Shown: positions 36,237 through 44,865, numbered from the stretch's first letter. The stretch is DNA of 60,035 nt from Parcubacteria group bacterium GW2011_GWA2_42_14 (GCA_000998135.1 LCCV01000009.1:1-60035), one strand, 5' to 3'. A program made the numbers and translations. The notes: generated by a model not told the origin, from the letters alone.

Positions 36237-36821
36237 ATGTTCTCTACTGAACAAATAAAAACTTTACGCGATAAAACCGGCGGCTCAATCAATGAATGTA
36301 AAAAGGCCCTTGAAGAAGCCGGTGGAAATTTGGAAAAAGCGGAAAAAGTTCTTGAGAAAAGACTGGGGGGACTGGCCGGAAAGCGCTTGGGTCGGGAAAC
36401 AAAGGCAGGAGTAGTTGATACTTATATACATTCTGACGGAAGAATCGGGGCTATGGTTGAACTTTTTTGCGAAACGGATTTTGTGGCAAGAAATCCGGTT
36501 TTTAAATCATTGGCTCATGATTTAGCCATGCATATCGCGGCCTTCTGTCCAGCTTACCTCTCTTTGGATGCTGTTCCCCAAGAAGTATGGCAGGCAGAAA
36601 AAAACAGGTTTGAAGAAGAAGCCAGAGGATTGGATAAGCCAAGCCACATTATTCAGGAAATCGTTGACGGCAAACTTAAATCACACTTCGATTCAATTTC
36701 TCTTCTGGAGCAACCATTTATCAAAGACCAGGATAAAAAAGTATCGGATGTTGTGAATGAGGCCATTGGCAAGTTTGGGGAGAATATAAAGGTTGGGAGA
36801 TTTGTTAGATTTGAATTATAA
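36237..36821 (+). CDS. tsf: elongation factor Ts (short form)
   Basis: IKTLRDKTGGSINECKKALEEAGGNLEKAEKVL UBA-like N-terminus, and ETDFVARN. Confidence 0.9.
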   Translation: MFSTEQIKTLRDKTGGSINECKKALEEAGGNLEKAEKVLEKRLGGLAGKRLGRETKAGVVDTYIHSDGRIGAMVELFCETDFVARNPVFKSLAHDLAMHIAAFCPAYLSLDAVPQEVWQAEKNRFEEEARGLDKPSHIIQEIVDGKLKSHFDSISLLEQPFIKDQDKKVSDVVNEAIGKFGENIKVGRFVRFEL

Positions 36822-36825
36822 TAAC

Positions 36826-37005
36826 CGACAACTAATAATTAATAACCGTAGACTGTCCAAAAACTGCAAAAATCAGTTTGTCGTCATTCTGAGCGAAGCG
36901 AAGAATCTAATGTTTAAGTTAATTTCGAAACGCAGAGATTCTTCACAAGGTTCAGAATGACAGTTTTCGAACGGTCTAAGGTTGTAGGTTGTAAGTTGTA
37001 AGTTG
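36826..37005. repeat. nested palindromes: outer CAAC/GTTG word arms around a GTCATTCTGAGCGAAGCGAAGAATCT-family element
   Basis: Outer arms are aaccgacaactaataattaataaccgtagac ... ggtctaaggttgtaggttgtaagttgtaagttg. The inner element is tcgtcattctgagcgaagcgaagaatct ... agattcttcacaaggttcagaatgaca. Confidence 0.75.
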
Positions 37006-37010
37006 AACTG

Positions 37011-37391
37011 GTGACCGATATAATTTTATTAACAACTTCTATTGCAAGTTTCGGAGGAATTATTTATTTGGTATCAAGAAAGATACCTTTTTTGATGGCT
37101 ATTCCGGAAAATATAATAAACGAGAGTTTTGTAACTAAGCCGTCAAAAATCAAGGTTGCTATTGAACGAATAAGGGGATATTTTATTGAAAAAAAATACG
37201 AAATTCCTATTTTGGCTTTTGTAGAATGGTTTTTGCGAAGAATAAGGGTTTCATTTTTAAAATTTGAGCATTTGTCTTTCAGATTTTTAAAATTCATTCA
37301 GGAAAGAAAAAGAATATTAAAAATTCCCAAAGCCAAGCGGGAGTATCTTGAATCATTGAAAAACGGACAAACAGAAAACAAAAATGGATAA
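37011..37391 (+). CDS. hypothetical membrane protein
   Basis: N-terminal TM helix (GTG start) and a basic C-terminal part. Confidence 0.35.
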   Translation: MTDIILLTTSIASFGGIIYLVSRKIPFLMAIPENIINESFVTKPSKIKVAIERIRGYFIEKKYEIPILAFVEWFLRRIRVSFLKFEHLSFRFLKFIQERKRILKIPKAKREYLESLKNGQTENKNG

Positions 37392-37432
37392 TGGAAAAAC
37401 GCCAGCTTAGCCGAATTCGTCCCGTTAGAGTT

Positions 37433-37504
37433 GCCACCCTAGCTCAGCGGCAGAGCAACTGTTTTGTAAACAGTAGGTCCCCGGTTCGAATCCGGGGGGT
37501 GGCT
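37433..37504 (+). tRNA. tRNA-Thr (anticodon TGT)
   Basis: Hand-folded cloverleaf: gccaccc/gggtggc acceptor, gctc/gagc D stem, actgt-tttgtaa-acagt anticodon arm, cccgg-ttcgaat-ccggg T arm. No CCA is encoded. Confidence 0.9.
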
Positions 37505-37581
37505 TTGGCAAAATTTTATAAATATCGGGATAAACAGAATATCGAGGGGTCAGATTCCCTCTACCGGCTGAAAAAATTCTT

Positions 37582-37665
37582 GCGCAGGTGGCAGAGTGGT
37601 CAATTGCATCGCGCTGTAGACGCGACGCCCTTTGGGCTCCGGGGGTTCGAATCCCTCCCTGCGCA
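37582..37665 (+). tRNA. tRNA-Tyr (anticodon GTA), long variable arm
   Basis: gcgcagg/cctgcgc acceptor, tcgcg-ctgtaga-cgcga anticodon arm, 16-nt variable arm, ggggg-ttcgaat-ccctc T arm. A terminator hairpin follows at 37675-37702. Confidence 0.9.
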
Positions 37666-37998
37666 ATTAGAAATTTTTACCAATCCTTATGGTTGGTAAA
37701 AATTTGTATTTGTCGTTGGAGGGATTCGAACCGCGAGGAAAAGGTAATGTTATTACTTTTTCCGAGAGTGGATTTTGCCGAGAAGGCAAAATCGAATTTT
37801 GCTCGCACAAAATTCCAGGGCATCTATTTTAGTATTTTTTGGAGAGCGCCCGTCGCAAGCTATAGCTTGCGACCCCTCCCTACCTGTTATTACACCTGAA
37901 TCGGCGAATATTTTTTCAGATAATTTGATATAACAAATTGTGACCTCAAAATGATGGGAAAAACCAAAAAAGAGAATCGGTTTTAGTAAAAAGTAAAA

Positions 37999-38013
37999 AT
38001 CTCTCCCTGCGCA
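37999..38013 (+). repeat. direct repeat of the tRNA-Tyr 3' end (14/15 nt)
   Basis: atctctccctgcgca compared with atccctccctgcgca at 37651-37665. A third partial copy cccctccct lies at 37874-37882, and an inverted T-arm copy ggagggattcgaacc at 37718-37732. Confidence 0.65.
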
Positions 38014-38038
38014 GAATTGATTATTTTTTAAAATAACT

Positions 38039-39019
38039 ATGACGTCACCAACGCAATTAAACGATGGAATTAACTATACTGCTTTGGTAACGCAGCATCC
38101 TTGGGTTACAGCAAGAGACCAAAAGTGTATTTTAAGCCCTGATAGTGATGGTCTGCTTTGTGGGTTGTTTATGTCATACTATTTGGATTGGAAAATTCAT
38201 GGTTTTTACGACGGAAAAATTCTTGCTGTAAAACAAGGGACCGATATTGAGGACTGTATTTTTTTAGACATGGAAATATTTCGTCCTAACATTCGCAGCG
38301 TTGGCCAACACATGGTTATGTATGACAAAAAGGATTTGCCTCCCAACTGGAATAATTTTAAGAAGTGTATCTCGGCAAATAATTTGAGAGATTACGATTT
38401 TAAAAATAATTTTAAACTCAAATATCCATTTGGAACAATTCATATTTTGCTTTCTATTTTGGGACAAAACAGGAATATCCCTATTCCCAAAAGCGCAATA
38501 AGCCCATTGTTGTATACGGATGGGACTTTCAAGAGCCAATTTAACTATCCAGAAAATTGCTTAAGCTGGCTAAATTTTTTAGGCGCGGGTAGTTCAAACA
38601 ACCCTCTTCAAAGGGTTTTTCTAAACAAGCACTATTCCACATATGAATTAATGGTAGAACTTAAAGATTTATTTTCAAAAATTAATGTCATTGGAGGAGG
38701 AAAGCGTGGCGGCGATAAAATAAAAATTTCCGATTCGCGCGGAAATATTGCAAATATTGATCCCCGGTCTCACCAGTTAAGGGTAGAGACAAAGACACAA
38801 GCTGAGAATTTTCTTGGAATGCTCGCGAACAAAACAGGATGGTCGTTTACGCCCTCACATTGGTCGTGGGGTCCATATAAGATTAATCGATTTAAGAAGG
38901 GTAGTATAAAACCAGGAAAGGCCCGTTATAACACCCTTCTCGCTCAAAACCCAATATCTCTCGCGATTATCAGCCGAAATAGTATCGAATACACTATAGA
39001 CGAAGGCGGAGTATTCTAA
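38039..39019 (+). CDS. hypothetical protein; candidate restriction-endonuclease partner of the adjacent methyltransferase
   Basis: 326-aa ORF with no motif I can assign. Its stop codon overlaps the stop codon of the convergent MTase gene (39016-39019). Acidic clusters ILSPDSDGLL and FLDMEIF could be catalytic. Confidence 0.35.
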   Translation: MTSPTQLNDGINYTALVTQHPWVTARDQKCILSPDSDGLLCGLFMSYYLDWKIHGFYDGKILAVKQGTDIEDCIFLDMEIFRPNIRSVGQHMVMYDKKDLPPNWNNFKKCISANNLRDYDFKNNFKLKYPFGTIHILLSILGQNRNIPIPKSAISPLLYTDGTFKSQFNYPENCLSWLNFLGAGSSNNPLQRVFLNKHYSTYELMVELKDLFSKINVIGGGKRGGDKIKISDSRGNIANIDPRSHQLRVETKTQAENFLGMLANKTGWSFTPSHWSWGPYKINRFKKGSIKPGKARYNTLLAQNPISLAIISRNSIEYTIDEGGVF

Positions 39020-40470
39020 AGTAATTTGCTTTGTGATGCCAGAATGCACTCTTCTTTCATGCGTTTTTCTGCAATTGCGCAATATTCTGGTGCAACATCA
39101 ATACCGATGTATTTATACCCAAGATTTTTTGCTGCGACAATTGTGGTTCCGCTTCCAACAAAAGGATCAAGTACCACTCCGTTTTTCGGCGCAAAACAAC
39201 TGATAAAATCATATGGGAGCTGATTTGGAAAAGTAGCGGGGTGTTGATGCTTAAGACGACTTCCATCGCCAGCCGTAAGATACTCCCAAATCGTTCCACG
39301 ACATTTCATTGGGTTAATTTTGATAGAACGAGTCGCTATTCGAACGCCATTTGTAAGACGAGTTCCACCTCCCGTCATGGTCTTGCCCCCATGTTTCGAG
39401 GGGATCTTTAGGTGCTCTTTATTGAAATATGTCGGCCTATCGCCTTTCAAAAATACAGGAATATACTCATGGTCTACACGAAATCGCTTGTTCCACCATG
39501 CCCCCTCTGCCCCATACTTTCGATAAATCACCGTTTCAAAAAGCTTGAAATTGAAACTATCACACCAATCAATAATCGTCCTAAACGAGGTTAAAGACTT
39601 CCCAAAATTTTTTGTCTGATCTTGAATTACCATTACGGCTACTCCGCCATCTTTGAGAACGCGATATATTTCTTTGCCTGCTGAATGTAAATCAAGAGAA
39701 AATCCCTTATAGTCACGAACACTATCATACGGCGGTGAAGTAACTACAATATCCACCGAATTTGAAGGGAATTTTTTCATTACTTCAACCGTATCCCCGC
39801 AAATAATTTTATTCAATGGCAATTCTTTATATTTTTCGCTTTCTTTATATTCAGGAAACTGGATTATTGATTTTGTTTCCTCCCGTATAACATCAAGAAC
39901 TATTCCTTGTATTGAAACATCCCGGCCGTTTCGAAAAATAAGCGGTTCCATAGTTTTGTTCGCCGGTTGTAGGCGGATATACCCCATCTCTTTATAGAAT
40001 TTTTTTAGTGTCGCTTCGTGGTTATTTATAAGGGCTACCACCTTTTGTCCGTTTTCGGCAGTTTCCTGTTGGCGCACTAAAACAACATCGCCGTCATTTA
40101 TATTTTCATCAATCATACTGTTTCCGACTACACGGAGAGCATAAACTTCTGAAGAAGAAGGAATTTTGCTTTTTGGAACGGCAATCATTTCTTTATCTTG
40201 AATTGCTTCAATGGGTTGCCCCGCCGCAATAGTTCCTAAAAGAGGAATTTTTATCATTGTCTCGCGGCCAAGCACCTCAATAGAACGAGGTTTATTTTCT
40301 TCTTTTGACAAATATCCTAAATCACGAAGTTTGGAAACATGAAAATGAGCCGTTGAGACCGATGAAAGTTTTAATTTCTTGCGTATCTCATGAAGTGAGG
40401 GGGCATATCCTTTTTGTTCTTGATAAGCGGTTATAAAATCAATCGCTTGTTTTTGCCTTTTTGTAATCAT
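39016..40470 (-). CDS. full-length LexA repressor fused to a beta-class (N4-C/N6-A) DNA methyltransferase
   Basis: N-terminal LexA wHTH (ITKRQKQAIDFITAYQEQKGYAPSLHEIRKKL..SSVSTAHFHVSKLRDLGYL), Ala-Gly cleavage site (GTIAAGQP), and S24 dyad (VVGNSM ... ATLKKF). The MTase part has motif IV VVTSPPYDS (39727-39741) placed before motif I LDPFVGSGTT (39146-39169). The start is set at MITKRQ (40470). Confidence 0.8.
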   Translation of the reverse strand: MITKRQKQAIDFITAYQEQKGYAPSLHEIRKKLKLSSVSTAHFHVSKLRDLGYLSKEENKPRSIEVLGRETMIKIPLLGTIAAGQPIEAIQDKEMIAVPKSKIPSSSEVYALRVVGNSMIDENINDGDVVLVRQQETAENGQKVVALINNHEATLKKFYKEMGYIRLQPANKTMEPLIFRNGRDVSIQGIVLDVIREETKSIIQFPEYKESEKYKELPLNKIICGDTVEVMKKFPSNSVDIVVTSPPYDSVRDYKGFSLDLHSAGKEIYRVLKDGGVAVMVIQDQTKNFGKSLTSFRTIIDWCDSFNFKLFETVIYRKYGAEGAWWNKRFRVDHEYIPVFLKGDRPTYFNKEHLKIPSKHGGKTMTGGGTRLTNGVRIATRSIKINPMKCRGTIWEYLTAGDGSRLKHQHPATFPNQLPYDFISCFAPKNGVVLDPFVGSGTTIVAAKNLGYKYIGIDVAPEYCAIAEKRMKEECILASQSKLL

Positions 40471-40476
40471 ACTGAT

Positions 40477-40504
40477 ATTATAGAAAATAAATCGAAAGTG
40501 TAAA
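40477..40504 (-). promoter_or_regulatory. promoter of the LexA-MTase gene; predicts a leaderless mRNA
   Basis: On the minus strand TTTACA, 16 nt, TATAAT, with the -10 ending 6 nt before the ATG. A perfect DnaA-box-like TTATCCACA lies at 40512-40520. Confidence 0.5.
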
Positions 40505-40596
40505 AGTAAAGTTATCCACAATATCCATGAGAGTAATGACTCCTATATCAAAAACGCGCGCTTTAAAAACGCGGGTTTTTGTTATATAATAGGTAA

Positions 40597-42969
40597 ATGC
40601 CGAGGAAACACGAAAATCAAAATATTAAAATTCCCGTTACTTTAAGCCGCACTTTGGGGGTTTGGGAAGTAACTCTTTTGGGGATTGGAGCGCTTCTTGG
40701 AGGCGGTATTTTTACACTACTCGGGCATGCCGCGGGCCTTGCCGGCGGGGGATTGATTTTTGCCATATTGCTCGGAGCCCTGATTTCCTTCCTTAATTTG
40801 AATTCCTATGTATCTCTGGCTACAACTTTTCCCGCAGCCGGCGGAGGATATCACTGGGTCCGCGAGGGACTCGGCGATATGCAGGGATTTTTATCAGGAT
40901 GGTTTTCCTGGATGGCTTCATCCGTTGCCTGCAGTTTATACGCGATAAGCTTCGGTTTATTCGCTTTTGAATTTGTTTTTTCATTAATTGGACTGCCCCT
41001 CTTGGGAGTTTCCCAGGAGTCATGGAAAATAATTTTTACCGTTTTTATTATTTTGCTTTTCGGCCTGATTAATTATCGCGGTGTCGCTCTTTCCGGAAAA
41101 ATCGGCGGCTGGATATCTTTATCCATTCTTTCCATACTTATCTTATATATTTTATTTGGATTTAAAAAAATCGGCTCTGCTCCGGAAGTTTTCACGTATA
41201 ATTTTTTTCCTCTCCTGCCTCTTGGACTCGGTGGAGTGTTGCAGGCCGCCGGACTTTTTTATATCGCCTTTGAGGGGTCGGAGATTCAGGCGCAAGCGGG
41301 AGAAGAAGCAAAAGACCCGGCGCGCACTCTTAAAATTGGGTTTTTCAGTTCTTGGGCGATAATTTCCGTATTGTATCTTTTAATTTCTTTGGTAATCATC
41401 GGGGCCACGGATTCATCAAGTATCCAGTCCTGGAAAATTCTTGGCGGGTATTCGGAAAGGGCCATTATTGAATCAGCCAAACAATTTCTGCCGTTCGGAT
41501 ATATTCTTATGGTAATAGGCGGGCTTCTTGCCAATATCGCGGCCCTTAACGCCACAATTTATTCTTCTTCCCGGGTTCTTTTTGCCATGGCGCGCGATAA
41601 ATTCGTCTGGTCGCGCCTCGGAGAAATGCACGAAATTAACCTGACGCCGTATCGGGCAATCATTCTTTCGCTCGCCATAATAATCATCGTATCCTTGTTT
41701 CTGCCCATAAAAGATATTGCCAGCGCCGCTGATTTTCTGTTCATAGCCCTGTTTTCTCAGCTTAACCTTTCTTATATAGAACTAAGGCGCCAAAAACCGG
41801 AAGTAAAATGGCAATATGTGGTTCCTTTTGGAATAATTTTGCCGCTCTCGGCCATAATACTTTATGTTGTATTGGGCATTTCCTTATTTCACGTAAGCCC
41901 CATTGGAATTTATTTTACGGTATTTTGGTTTTTGATGGGACTGATAAATTATTTTTCTTATACCAAGGTCCAGGAACGGACAAACATGGAAAATGAAATT
42001 GTTTATGAACACGCGACGCGTTTTCGCGAAAAACTCGGATATAGGATTATTCTTTCCGTAGTACCGGACAGCAATCTTTATGAATTCAAATCGCAAATCG
42101 CTTTTGCCATGGCCCGCCAGGAAGACGGAGAGCTTTTAATTCTGCGGGTACACGAGGTTCCGGCAAGTTTGCCTCTTTCTGCCGGATTTCATTCGGAACA
42201 GGAAAGAAGAGTTTTGGAAAAAATAGAAAAAAGCGCTATTGAAAAAAAATTCAACGTGGAAACCCGCCTGTCCGTTGCCCGCTCCATACCGGACACCATA
42301 CTTGAGACCGTAAAAATGGAAAAAGGCGACCTTCTTATCATGGGCTGGGACGGCTATACAAACACTAAGGGATTCATTTTCGGAAGAAAGGTTGATGTGG
42401 TTCTGCATCGGACAAAATGCGATTTTATGGTTATTAAACTTGTTGATTTGGGAAATATGAACTCCGTTAGAGGTCATACGATTGAAACATCTGCCGATTC
42501 GGCAAAGCCGAATCGGACTTCTAACGGGGTGAAAAAAATTCTGATACCGGTTTCTTTGGATGAAAATCCTAACTTGCGTTTTGCTGGAAAAGTCGCAACC
42601 GCGCTTTCCAATTGGTTCGGCGGAAGCATTACTGTTTTAATGGTGATACCGGAAAAAACCGGAAATTTAGACTATGCTAAATATTATGCTGTGTTAGAAG
42701 ACAGAATCAGGGAATTAAAGATTAAAACCGCGCTTCAGCCAAAAATAAAATTGGTTCGCTCCGATTTTATAGCATCCTCAATTTTAAAAGAGGCGGGACA
42801 TTATGACGTGGTGCTTATGCCCGCCTCCCGTGGCCGCATAACCAAAGCCATCAGAATGGGTTCAATACCTGAACAAGTAGCCAAACATTGTAACAAGACG
42901 GTAATAATGGCTAAGGGACACCGAGGAATTGTCCAGCCATTTTTTGATTATGTTAAATCGAGATTTTAG
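40597..42969 (+). CDS. APC-family amino acid permease fused to tandem universal stress protein (Usp) domains
   Basis: About 12 TM helices with GSEIQAQAGEEAKDP. The C-terminal about 300 aa carries two Usp-like repeats (DLLIMGW...VDVVLHRTKCDFMVI and YDVVLMPASRG...IPEQVAKHCNKTVIMAK). Confidence 0.7.
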   Translation: MPRKHENQNIKIPVTLSRTLGVWEVTLLGIGALLGGGIFTLLGHAAGLAGGGLIFAILLGALISFLNLNSYVSLATTFPAAGGGYHWVREGLGDMQGFLSGWFSWMASSVACSLYAISFGLFAFEFVFSLIGLPLLGVSQESWKIIFTVFIILLFGLINYRGVALSGKIGGWISLSILSILILYILFGFKKIGSAPEVFTYNFFPLLPLGLGGVLQAAGLFYIAFEGSEIQAQAGEEAKDPARTLKIGFFSSWAIISVLYLLISLVIIGATDSSSIQSWKILGGYSERAIIESAKQFLPFGYILMVIGGLLANIAALNATIYSSSRVLFAMARDKFVWSRLGEMHEINLTPYRAIILSLAIIIIVSLFLPIKDIASAADFLFIALFSQLNLSYIELRRQKPEVKWQYVVPFGIILPLSAIILYVVLGISLFHVSPIGIYFTVFWFLMGLINYFSYTKVQERTNMENEIVYEHATRFREKLGYRIILSVVPDSNLYEFKSQIAFAMARQEDGELLILRVHEVPASLPLSAGFHSEQERRVLEKIEKSAIEKKFNVETRLSVARSIPDTILETVKMEKGDLLIMGWDGYTNTKGFIFGRKVDVVLHRTKCDFMVIKLVDLGNMNSVRGHTIETSADSAKPNRTSNGVKKILIPVSLDENPNLRFAGKVATALSNWFGGSITVLMVIPEKTGNLDYAKYYAVLEDRIRELKIKTALQPKIKLVRSDFIASSILKEAGHYDVVLMPASRGRITKAIRMGSIPEQVAKHCNKTVIMAKGHRGIVQPFFDYVKSRF

Positions 42970-43016
42970 GAGTAATCGCGAATATAGGAACACCCTTCAA
43001 TATACGAATTTATGAA

Positions 43017-43042
43017 TAAAAAACCTCAATATTGAGGTTTTT
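43017..43042 (+). terminator. rho-independent terminator
   Basis: aaaacctcaa-tat-tgaggtttttt. Confidence 0.7.
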
Positions 43043-43121
43043 TACTTGATTGTTAATATTCTGTGCACAAAAAAGGTAATTTTAATAATTTATGGCTTAA
43101 ATACTTGATTTTAGAAAGTTG

Positions 43122-43237
43122 AAAGTGGCGCATTTATCCATTTCCATATTTGAATATATGCTTAAAGTGGTTTATAATATAATTAAAGTGGTTAGAAGTG
43201 GATAACACTGTTGATAAGTTAAAGGAACTGTGGATAA
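43122..43237 (+). promoter_or_regulatory. mraZ promoter with AAAGTGG direct repeats (candidate MraZ operators) and DnaA-box-like sites
   Basis: TTGAAT (43150-43155), 17 nt, TATAAT (43173-43178). aaagtgg occurs at 43122, 43164 and 43185, and gaagtgg at 43195. The plus strand reads gtggataac at 43198-43206 (complement gTTATCCAC) and tgtggataa at 43229-43237 (complement TTATCCACA). Confidence 0.5.
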
Positions 43238-43239
43238 GT

Positions 43240-43320
43240 AACCAACAACCAATAACTAACAACCAACAACAAAAAGAGTTGTAAGTTGTAAGTTGTAAGT
43301 TGTAAATTCAGTTGTTGATT
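43240..43320. repeat. periodic-word hairpin (CAACAA/CCAA vs TTGTAAG words)
   Basis: accaacaaccaataactaacaaccaacaac aaaaagag ttgtaagttgtaagttgtaagttgtaaattcagttgttg. Confidence 0.75.
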
Positions 43321-43746
43321 GGCGAATACAACCACATAATAGATCCTAAAAAGAGGATTGCGATTCCTTCTCGCCTTAGAAAAGAAGTAGGCGAGAAGGC
43401 CATTCTTACAAGAGGACTTGATCAATGCTTATCGTTATTCCCCCTATCCGAGTGGGAAAAATATACTTCGCAATTAACCAAATTGCCCATGGGAAAAGGG
43501 GACGCGCGCACCTTAAACAGAATGATACTTGGAGGAGCCGTAGAGGTGGAATTGGACTCTTTAGGAAGAATTCTTATTCCCGATTATTTACGGCAATTCG
43601 CCGGTTTAAAACAGAGGGCAGTTATTGCCGGTTTATATAATCGTCTGGAAATATGGGACGAAGAAAGATGGAATGCCTATAAGATTGAGGCGGAAAAAAA
43701 TCAGGATATGATAGCGGAGAAATTGTCAGAGCTCGGACTTTATTAG
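43312..43746 (+). CDS. mraZ: transcriptional regulator MraZ
   Basis: Two SpoVT/AbrB-like halves with DPKKRIAIPSRLR and DSLGRILIPDYLR. It is the first gene of the dcw cluster and has a TTG start. Confidence 0.85.
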   Translation: MLIGEYNHIIDPKKRIAIPSRLRKEVGEKAILTRGLDQCLSLFPLSEWEKYTSQLTKLPMGKGDARTLNRMILGGAVEVELDSLGRILIPDYLRQFAGLKQRAVIAGLYNRLEIWDEERWNAYKIEAEKNQDMIAEKLSELGLY

Positions 43747-43812
43747 TGACATGAGACAAGAGACATGAGACAAGTAATTTTCCATGTCACATGTTGCATG
43801 TTGCATGTCACA
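43746..43812. repeat. periodic-word hairpin (GACATGAGACAAG / CATGT words)
   Basis: gtgacatgagacaagagacatgagacaag ... ccatgtcacatgttgcatgttgcatgtcac. Confidence 0.7.
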
Positions 43813-44712
43813 ATGTTGCATAAACCAGTTTTACTGAAAGAGGTAATTGAAATCCTGAATCCGCAATCGGGGGAAAATTTTATAGATACCACTATCGGGG
43901 ACGGCGGACATGCCCAAGAAATTATTGAAAAAATCAAACCAAACGGAAAACTAATAGGAATAGATTGGGATAGAGAACAAATAAGCAAATTAAAAATTAA
44001 ATTCAGCGAATATTTAAAATCAGACAATTTAATTTTAATAAACGATAATTATAAAAACCTTGAGAATATTATTAAACAATATAATATTCATAAGATTAGC
44101 GGAATCCTTTTTGATCTCGGCTTTAGCCGTTATCACATTGAGGACTCTGGGAAAGGGTTCAGTTTCCAAAAGAACGAACCGCTGATTATGCGCTATGAGA
44201 ATTCAGAAGAATCAAACGGCATGACCGCGGCTGAAATTGTTAATACCTGGCCCGAAGAAAAATTGGAAAAAATACTCAAGGAATATGGAGAAGAAAAATT
44301 TTTCAGGCAAATAGCAAAAAAAATTTATGAAGAAAGCAAAAAAAATCCAATTAAAACTACCTTTGATTTGGCGGGAATAATTCGAAACGCAGTACCGTTT
44401 TGGTATGCTAAAAGAAAAATTAATCCGGCGACAAAAACGTTTCAGGCCCTGCGCATTGCCGTAAATGACGAATTTGAAAACATAAGAACCGGACTGTCGG
44501 CTGCTGTAAAAATTATTGCAAATGGAGGAAAAATAGCCGTAATTACATTTCATTCGGGTGAAGACAGAATTGTTAAAAATTTTTTGAAAGAGAAACAGAC
44601 AGAAAAAATATTGAAAATTATAAATAAAAAAGTAATTAAGCCGTCTTATACGGAAATTAGGGAAAACCTAAGCGCCAGAAGCGCGAAATTAAGAACCGCA
44701 GTTAGGATATAA
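43813..44712 (+). CDS. rsmH: 16S rRNA (cytosine1402-N4)-methyltransferase RsmH
   Basis: HKPVLLKEVIE...DTTIGDGGHA...GILFDLGFS...FHSGEDRIVK. The start is set at MLHKPVL after the repeat hairpin. Confidence 0.85.
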   Translation: MLHKPVLLKEVIEILNPQSGENFIDTTIGDGGHAQEIIEKIKPNGKLIGIDWDREQISKLKIKFSEYLKSDNLILINDNYKNLENIIKQYNIHKISGILFDLGFSRYHIEDSGKGFSFQKNEPLIMRYENSEESNGMTAAEIVNTWPEEKLEKILKEYGEEKFFRQIAKKIYEESKKNPIKTTFDLAGIIRNAVPFWYAKRKINPATKTFQALRIAVNDEFENIRTGLSAAVKIIANGGKIAVITFHSGEDRIVKNFLKEKQTEKILKIINKKVIKPSYTEIRENLSARSAKLRTAVRI

Positions 44713-44782
44713 TATCAATTATCAATGTTAATATAAATCTTACGTCAACATGGCAAATTGCCGATAATAATGTTGACGAAAT

Positions 44783-44865
44783 GCGACTTCAATACTCGAA
44801 TTCACTCGAATGTCTCGAATTAAATTATTAGAGTTATTCGAGTGTCATTTGCATATTAGAGTCGC
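44783..44865. repeat. periodic-word hairpin (CTCGAAT / ATTCGAG words), sibling of 34920-35004
   Basis: gcgacttcaatactcgaattcactcgaatgtctcgaatt aaattattagagttattcgagtgtcatttgcatattagagtcgc. Confidence 0.75.

Noticed and set aside
37716-37810. Possible minus-strand tRNA or tmRNA suggested by ggagggattcgaacc
   Set aside because: It is an inverted copy of the tRNA-Tyr T-arm region only. No acceptor, D or anticodon arms can be folded, and no tmRNA-like 3' end or tag ORF was found.
37391-37899. ORFs 37391..37699 and 37588..37899
   Set aside because: They run straight through tRNA-Thr and tRNA-Tyr and the hairpin-rich spacer.
38039-39019. Assigning the 326-aa protein to the DHH/RecJ-like phosphoesterases on the basis of SPDSDG and GGGKRGGD
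   Set aside because: These are only two short, loosely similar motifs. The DHH triad itself is not seen, so the protein is left as unknown.
43020-43240. Calling this region the chromosomal replication origin
   Set aside because: There are only about three DnaA-box-like sites and no adjacent dnaA or dnaN. The boxes overlap putative MraZ operators. GC skew cannot be evaluated from one window.
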